This document shows, one piece after another, positions 27,251 through 32,000 of a DNA stretch of 32,000 nucleotides. The stretch covers positions 396,418 to 428,417 of the forward strand of contig JBBISB010000001.1 of the NCBI GenBank assembly GCA_037441475.1, given 5' to 3'. This stretch comes from Candidatus Iainarchaeum sp. (GTDB lineage Archaea > Iainarchaeota > Iainarchaeia > Iainarchaeales > CSSED10-239). The first letter of the stretch is position 1. Each line of letters begins with the position of its first letter. Made by a program: the position numbers and the translations under genes. The notes below the pieces were generated by a model that did not search any database, had not been told where the DNA came from, and saw only the letters and a program-made list of their open reading frames with translations.

Positions 27251-27368
27251 ACAATAATATATATAAATACATCGCAATAATAATATATATAATATATACT
27301 TTTTATAAAAATATCGCCACAATTTTTATATAAAAAAATTAGATAAATTAAATAAAACATGATTAAGT

Positions 27369-27770
27369 ATGGTTGAAAAGAAAAAAAATACAAAAAAATT
27401 AGAAAAAGATGAAATCTATAAAAAAATAGAAGAAATGACAAAAAAGGGAGAGTCAAATGCAAAGATTGGACTTGAACTTAAAAAAGAAAATGTTTTAAAA
27501 ACTAAAAAAGAAGTTGGAAAAAGAATTGGTAAGATCCAAAAAGAACTTAAAATTCAAAAAGAAATTCCTGATGACTTAATGGCACTTATTAGAAAAGCTG
27601 TTAAGTTAATAAAGCATAAAGGAACTAACAAAAAGGATACAAGAGGAAAACTTGGATATCAATTAACTGTTTCTAAAATTAATAGATTAAAAAAATATTA
27701 TATAAGACAAGGTATATTAGCTAAGGATTGGAGATACTCTGATGAAAAAGCAAAATTACTTGTGAAATAA
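27369..27770 (+). CDS. rps15: 30S ribosomal protein S15 (uS15)
   Basis: IPDDLMALIRKAVKLIKHKGTNKKDTRGKLGYQLTVSKINRLKKYYIRQGILAKDWRYS. Confidence 0.93.
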   Translation: MVEKKKNTKKLEKDEIYKKIEEMTKKGESNAKIGLELKKENVLKTKKEVGKRIGKIQKELKIQKEIPDDLMALIRKAVKLIKHKGTNKKDTRGKLGYQLTVSKINRLKKYYIRQGILAKDWRYSDEKAKLLVK

Positions 27771-27790
27771 AATTAAGATGGTGTATTTAA

Positions 27791-28363
27791 ATGGTAAAAG
27801 AAAAAAAGAAAACTGTAGACAACTGGAAAAAGAAAAAATGGTACAATGTTACTGCTGATCCTGTTTTTGACTCAAAAGAAATTGCAAAAACAATTGCTCT
27901 TGAAAATAAACAATTAATAGGAAGAACTGTTGTTAAGTCATTAAATGATTTAACATCTAACATAAAAGACTCAGGATATACTATATCTTTCAAGATATAC
28001 AAAGTAACTGGGACAACTGCAGAAACACAGATACAAGAACTTGATACTAAGGTTGCAAACCTTAAAAGAATGATAAGACGTGGAAAATCAAAGATTGAGA
28101 TTATCTTTTTTGTTGAAACAAAGGATTCTCAAAAACTTAAATTAAAGGTAATGTGTCTTTCAGGAACTAAGTTTACAACCTCTAATAGAACAGAGACTAG
28201 AAACACAATAGTTTCTCACATGCAAGAAGAGATTAAAGAAAAGACTTTAAAAGAAGTTTGGGGAAACATCATTTACCAGAAGTTCTCTGAAAAACTTAAA
28301 AAGAAACTTGTAAAACTTGGCTATATAAATAAAGTATTAATCTTGAAAGCTAAGCTAATATGA
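27791..28363 (+). CDS. rps3ae: 30S ribosomal protein S3Ae (eS1)
   Basis: DNWKKKKWYNVTADPVFDSKEIAKTIALENKQLIGRTVVKSLNDLTSNI...HMQEEIKEKTLKEVWGNII. Confidence 0.92.
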   Translation: MVKEKKKTVDNWKKKKWYNVTADPVFDSKEIAKTIALENKQLIGRTVVKSLNDLTSNIKDSGYTISFKIYKVTGTTAETQIQELDTKVANLKRMIRRGKSKIEIIFFVETKDSQKLKLKVMCLSGTKFTTSNRTETRNTIVSHMQEEIKEKTLKEVWGNIIYQKFSEKLKKKLVKLGYINKVLILKAKLI

Positions 28364-28370
28364 TGGCATT

Positions 28371-29060
28371 ATGCTTTTTTTATATTTTATTGTTTTTATT
28401 TTAATTGGTATCTTCTTAAACCTTTTAAGAGGATACGACCTTTTTACTATTTCTTTAATATATGTAGTTTTTAGTATAATGCTTTATTTTGTAAATATCT
28501 ATGCTGTTATTTATGTAATTATTTTTTTTGGTATGGCAGAAGGAATAACTCTTTTGTTTAATAAAAGACATGAAAAAAGAAATTATTATAACATTGTTGG
28601 AAACTGTTCAGCTGCAGTTATTTTTTTAATATTAGGTTTTGTTATTGATAAACTACAGATTCTTGATTTTTCTTTGTTTGTTCTTGCAAGCATTGTTTCT
28701 ATTAATGCTGCGTTTGCAGACACCTTCTCTTCTGAGATTGGAAGACTTTCTAGGATTAAGCCAAGACTTATAACTACTTTTAAGAGGGTTGAAAGAGGGA
28801 CTGAAGGAGCAATTACTTTTTTAGGAATAGTTGCAGCTACCTTTGCATCTTTTATATCTGTTACTTACTTTTATTTTCTAGGGTATACTCATACTTTCTT
28901 AATAGTTCTTTTTATAGGTGGAATCTTAGGTTCTGTTATTGATAGCTTTATTGGAGCTGCTATTGAAAGGAAAGGTATTTTTAATAACAACCAAACTAAT
29001 TTTCTTGCAACATTCTTAGCTGGTTGTTTAGCTATTTTGATATATGTTTTGATTATTTAG
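28371..29060 (+). CDS. DUF92 family membrane protein
   Basis: NIVGNCSAAVIFLI, AAFADTFSSEIGRLSRIKPRLITTFKRVERGTEGAITFLGI, GSVIDSFIGAAIERKG. Confidence 0.85.
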   Translation: MLFLYFIVFILIGIFLNLLRGYDLFTISLIYVVFSIMLYFVNIYAVIYVIIFFGMAEGITLLFNKRHEKRNYYNIVGNCSAAVIFLILGFVIDKLQILDFSLFVLASIVSINAAFADTFSSEIGRLSRIKPRLITTFKRVERGTEGAITFLGIVAATFASFISVTYFYFLGYTHTFLIVLFIGGILGSVIDSFIGAAIERKGIFNNNQTNFLATFLAGCLAILIYVLII

Positions 29061-29159
29061 GTTTTTTACTAGCGAGAGAGGACTCTTTTCTTGTTTCTTA
29101 AAAGAAATACCTTTTCTTTTATAAAAATATTTATATAAATATCGTAGGATATTTATTAC

Positions 29160-29597
29160 ATGGATAAAAAGGGAAAGAAGCTTTTAATGTTTGTTATCTA
29201 CTTTACTGTTATCTATAGCTTGCTTAGCTTTATCTTTCTTAAGAGCATAGCAACTCCCTTGATTAATCTTTGGGAGTATCTAATAAAAAGCATCTTTGAT
29301 AACTTCTTTAATTATGAGCCTTTTATCTTTGTTCCTGTGTGTAGTGGAGTTATTAGTATAGCTATCTACCTTGGGATAACCTTTGCAGGAAAGATATCTT
29401 TTAAAAAGAAGTTAGATATTAAGTGGGTTCTTTTTAGTGTGCTTTTGATATGGATAGTTAACTTTTTAAGACTACTTTTAGTTTTACTTGCAGAAAAAAT
29501 AAGCTTGCAAGTAGCAAAAATAACACACGTGGCTTCTTGGTTTGTTGTTGGGTTAATTATACATTCCCTTGTTTTAAAAACCTTTGAAAAGAAATAG
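29160..29597 (+). CDS. Exosortase/archaeosortase family transpeptidase-like membrane protein
   Basis: Polytopic 145 aa protein with FVPVCSGVISIAIYLG (Cys), IVNFLRLLLVLL (NxxR) and THVASWFVVGL (His), the C...R...H arrangement of exosortases/archaeosortases. Confidence 0.8.
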   Translation: MDKKGKKLLMFVIYFTVIYSLLSFIFLKSIATPLINLWEYLIKSIFDNFFNYEPFIFVPVCSGVISIAIYLGITFAGKISFKKKLDIKWVLFSVLLIWIVNFLRLLLVLLAEKISLQVAKITHVASWFVVGLIIHSLVLKTFEKK

Positions 29598-29611
29598 AAA
29601 AAAGGAAAAAA

Positions 29612-31243
29612 TTAATTTCCTTCTTTAGAAACAATATGTCTTGCTATCTGTGCATAAACAGGTCTTACTATAAAGATACCAATAGCAGTTCCTATTAAGA
29701 TAGTTACAGCAAAACCAACTAATTTTCCTAAACCTAAACTAAAGAAGATAATTGGAAACATTGTAGCTGCTGTTGTTGCTGCTGCTGCAAACATAATAAA
29801 GAATGCCTTCTTAACTTTCTTTAAAAGACTTTCATTATGCTCAGCTTCATCTTTTTTCTTACCTCTTAAAAGCTCATCAATAATGATTATGTTATCATCA
29901 ACACCAGTTCCAATAGTTGCTAAGATACCAGCAACTGCTGCTAAATCTAACCTAAAGTTCATTAAAGAAAGAACACCTAAAAGTATTAAAATCTCACTTG
30001 CACTTGTTAAGATAATAGGTGCAGCTAAATTAAATCTTTTATACCTAATAAACAAAACAATAGCAACTGTTAAGATAGCAAAGACACCAATCCAAAGAGA
30101 AGTTTTCAAAAAAGACTTTCCTAAAAAAGGAGATATCGATTCTGTACTTATACTATCAATTGCAATTGGAAGAGAACCAGACTCTAAGATTAATAATAGT
30201 TCATCAAGTCTTTCTTTTGAAGAAGGATATGAATCAGCATGTCCAGTTATGTTAAGTTGAGAAAAGGTTTGAAATCTTGAAGATTCCATGCTTGAAACAT
30301 CCATGTTTGCAATACCAGGAGTTATTGAAATAACAGACTTTAAGCCTGTTGCATCCCATATCCATGGCACTTCTTCTTGCTTTGTAACAGAGATTACTTT
30401 AAAACCAATTTCATCTAACTGTTCTTTTACCTCTATTGAAACTAAAGGAGAAATGATTACTTTTGAATAAGTGTTAAAATGTTCTTCAAGTTCTAAAACC
30501 TCACTTGCTGTTAAGTTTCCATCAACTATGTAGTAAGGAGTTGTTAATTGATCTAAAAGATCTTCAATTGGAAATGAAGAAGAATAAAATCCAGGCACTA
30601 AAGGAACATCTTTTTCCTCTAAATAAGTTGTTTTATCAATAATCATTATAGCATCTGTAGGTCTATCAATAAAGAAATATGTTTTTTCACACTCATATCT
30701 TTCATCAATAGTTCCACCTGAAAAACCAGTAGGTGTACATTTATGGAAAGTCATTTGAGCAAATCTTTTAGCTGCATCAGGGGAAAGTAAGAAAGGAAGA
30801 GACCATTGATAATCAACACCCTTTGTTATCTCTTGTGTACCATATCCTCTTGAAGGGTCCTTATAGATGGTTCTTATGTCTTCACCAGAAAATAAAACAT
30901 CACCGTTTAAAACAGCTTCAAAATTACCTTGCTTTAAAAGAACAGATCTTAAGGAAGCAATTTCATCAGGATCAGACTCTGCTATCTGGATGGTTATATA
31001 CTGGCTTCCAGAAGGAGTGACTCTAGCATCCTTTGAACCAGACCAATCCAGTCTTCTTCCTAAGATAGATGCTGCTTGAGAAAGAGCTTCAGCTGAAACT
31101 GGTTCTTCTAAGACAACTTGAAAAGCAGTTCCACCACTAAAGTCAACACCAAACTTAAGGCCTGATGTTGCTAAGATAGTTAAAGAAACTATGATTAAGA
31201 TTATCCAAAAAATAATTATTGGTTTTTTAATTAATGTTTTCAT
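29612..31243 (-). CDS. secD: Protein-export membrane protein SecD
   Basis: LKFGVDFSGGTAFQV, six-TM SecD/RND region with DLAAVAGILATIGTGVDDNIIIIDELLR. Confidence 0.93.
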   Translation of the reverse strand: MKTLIKKPIIIFWIILIIVSLTILATSGLKFGVDFSGGTAFQVVLEEPVSAEALSQAASILGRRLDWSGSKDARVTPSGSQYITIQIAESDPDEIASLRSVLLKQGNFEAVLNGDVLFSGEDIRTIYKDPSRGYGTQEITKGVDYQWSLPFLLSPDAAKRFAQMTFHKCTPTGFSGGTIDERYECEKTYFFIDRPTDAIMIIDKTTYLEEKDVPLVPGFYSSSFPIEDLLDQLTTPYYIVDGNLTASEVLELEEHFNTYSKVIISPLVSIEVKEQLDEIGFKVISVTKQEEVPWIWDATGLKSVISITPGIANMDVSSMESSRFQTFSQLNITGHADSYPSSKERLDELLLILESGSLPIAIDSISTESISPFLGKSFLKTSLWIGVFAILTVAIVLFIRYKRFNLAAPIILTSASEILILLGVLSLMNFRLDLAAVAGILATIGTGVDDNIIIIDELLRGKKKDEAEHNESLLKKVKKAFFIMFAAAATTAATMFPIIFFSLGLGKLVGFAVTILIGTAIGIFIVRPVYAQIARHIVSKEGN

Positions 31244-31256
31244 TTATAATTCACAT

Positions 31257-32000
31257 TTAGTTTTTGTGTTTCCTTTCTGCATACTTGATTAATGCAGGTG
31301 CATTGAAAAGCCATGTTGAGATTAAGTCACCAAAAAGACCACATAATAAAATAATTGAAATCTCAAAGATTACAAGCATTTGTGTAAAGTAAGAAATTAC
31401 AAGCATAACTATTACTGTTGCCATGGTTGTAAAAGTCATTGTTAAACCAGTTGCAATTGAGGAGTTTGCTGAATAGATAGGGTCCTTTGAAGAATCTTTT
31501 AAAACCCTTGTGGTAAGTAAGATATCTGTGTCTACAGAATAACCTATAAGCATTAAAAGAGCAGGTATTGTTGTTAAGCTTAAATGGATATTAAAGATAG
31601 CCATTCCTGCAAGTGCAGCAAAAACATCAAAGATAACAGCAAAGATAATTAAAGCTGATGGAACTATCTCTCTAAAGAAAAGTAAAATAACAATTATTAG
31701 TAAGGAGAAGGCAACAATACCAACCTTGATTGAACTTTTAACAAAGTCTTTTCCTAAGGTAGGTGCAATTTCTCTTGTTTGTATTCTTGAATTTTCTTTT
31801 AAATTAAGCTCAGTTGTTACAAGAGTTGTTACTTGGTTATAAAAATTATTGTTTGCAAGGCTTAAGCTTTCAGATAAGCTTTGTCTTAAGTCCTCTACGT
31901 TTCTAGACGTTTCAATAAATAATAAATCTGCAGGAGCTAAAAAGTTTCTTTCAACAAGAGGGGTTAAAATATTTCTTGTCTCTACTTTTAAGGTTTCTAA
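31257..32000 (-). CDS. secF: Protein-export membrane protein SecF (partial, runs off window end)
   Basis: Frame stays open from 31257 to 32000: ...IQTREIAPTLGKDFVKSSIKVGIVAFSLLIIVILLFFREIVPSALIIFAVIFDVFAALAGMAIFNIHLSLTTIPALLMLIGYSVDTDILLTTRVL... The 115-aa ORF in the track is only its C-terminal portion. Confidence 0.93.
   Translation of the reverse strand, partial: LETLKVETRNILTPLVERNFLAPADLLFIETSRNVEDLRQSLSESLSLANNNFYNQVTTLVTTELNLKENSRIQTREIAPTLGKDFVKSSIKVGIVAFSLLIIVILLFFREIVPSALIIFAVIFDVFAALAGMAIFNIHLSLTTIPALLMLIGYSVDTDILLTTRVLKDSSKDPIYSANSSIATGLTMTFTTMATVIVMLVISYFTQMLVIFEISIILLCGLFGDLISTWLFNAPALIKYAERKHKN

Noticed and set aside
27247-27462. 71 aa - strand ORF between bud32 and rps15
   Set aside because: Phe/Tyr/Ile-rich translation typical of AT-rich spacer; overlaps the uS15 start.
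29883-31079. + strand ORFs inside secD
   Set aside because: Antisense to a conserved gene with no domain evidence.
31257-31604. 115 aa ORF as a complete small protein
   Set aside because: The frame remains open to the window edge and encodes upstream SecF sequence; the Met at 31604 is internal.
1-32000. CRISPR array, tRNA/rRNA genes, transposons, toxin-antitoxin or restriction-modification systems
   Set aside because: No regularly spaced direct repeats, no T-loop-like GTTCRANNC cloverleaf, no transposase/nuclease/methyltransferase defence signatures were seen by eye; tRNAscan-SE and Infernal would be needed to exclude cryptic RNA genes.

Overview
The window is a gene-dense, AT-rich archaeal chromosome segment. 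Short proteins, tight packing and reduced informational genes suggest a DPANN / Woesearchaeota-Pacearchaeota-like lineage; this placement is inference. It is mostly core-genome content: type IV pilin-like proteins with two single-domain T2SF (TadB/TadC/ArlJ-like) proteins, a DRG-like GTPase, a HemK2-type methyltransferase, TatD, an M50 protease, Cdc48, a solo NFACT-R protein, RpoK, eS17, Pelota, GpmI, PriL, SpoIIM-like, Csl4, RpoL, signal peptidase I, Orc1/Cdc6, ThiI, SepF, Dus, NAC, ValS, Bud32, uS15, eS1 (S3Ae), DUF92, an exosortase/archaeosortase-like protein, SecD and partial SecF. I found no tRNA/rRNA genes, CRISPR arrays, transposons or phage genes. The best leads are: (1) a Cdc48 / solo-NFACT-R / Pelota neighbourhood resembling a minimal ribosome-rescue/quality-control set; (2) a very small (145 aa) archaeosortase-like protein with C/R/H motifs; (3) a DRG/TGS GTPase relative with an intact P-loop but lost G3 and G4 motifs; (4) a Cdc48 whose D2 pore loop appears to lack the aromatic residue; (5) a Csl4 lacking its N-terminal domain; (6) a SepF-linked membrane protein with an apparent internal duplication; and (7) several compact regulatory or overlapping-gene arrangements. 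I see no clear, self-contained novel defence or mobile system.
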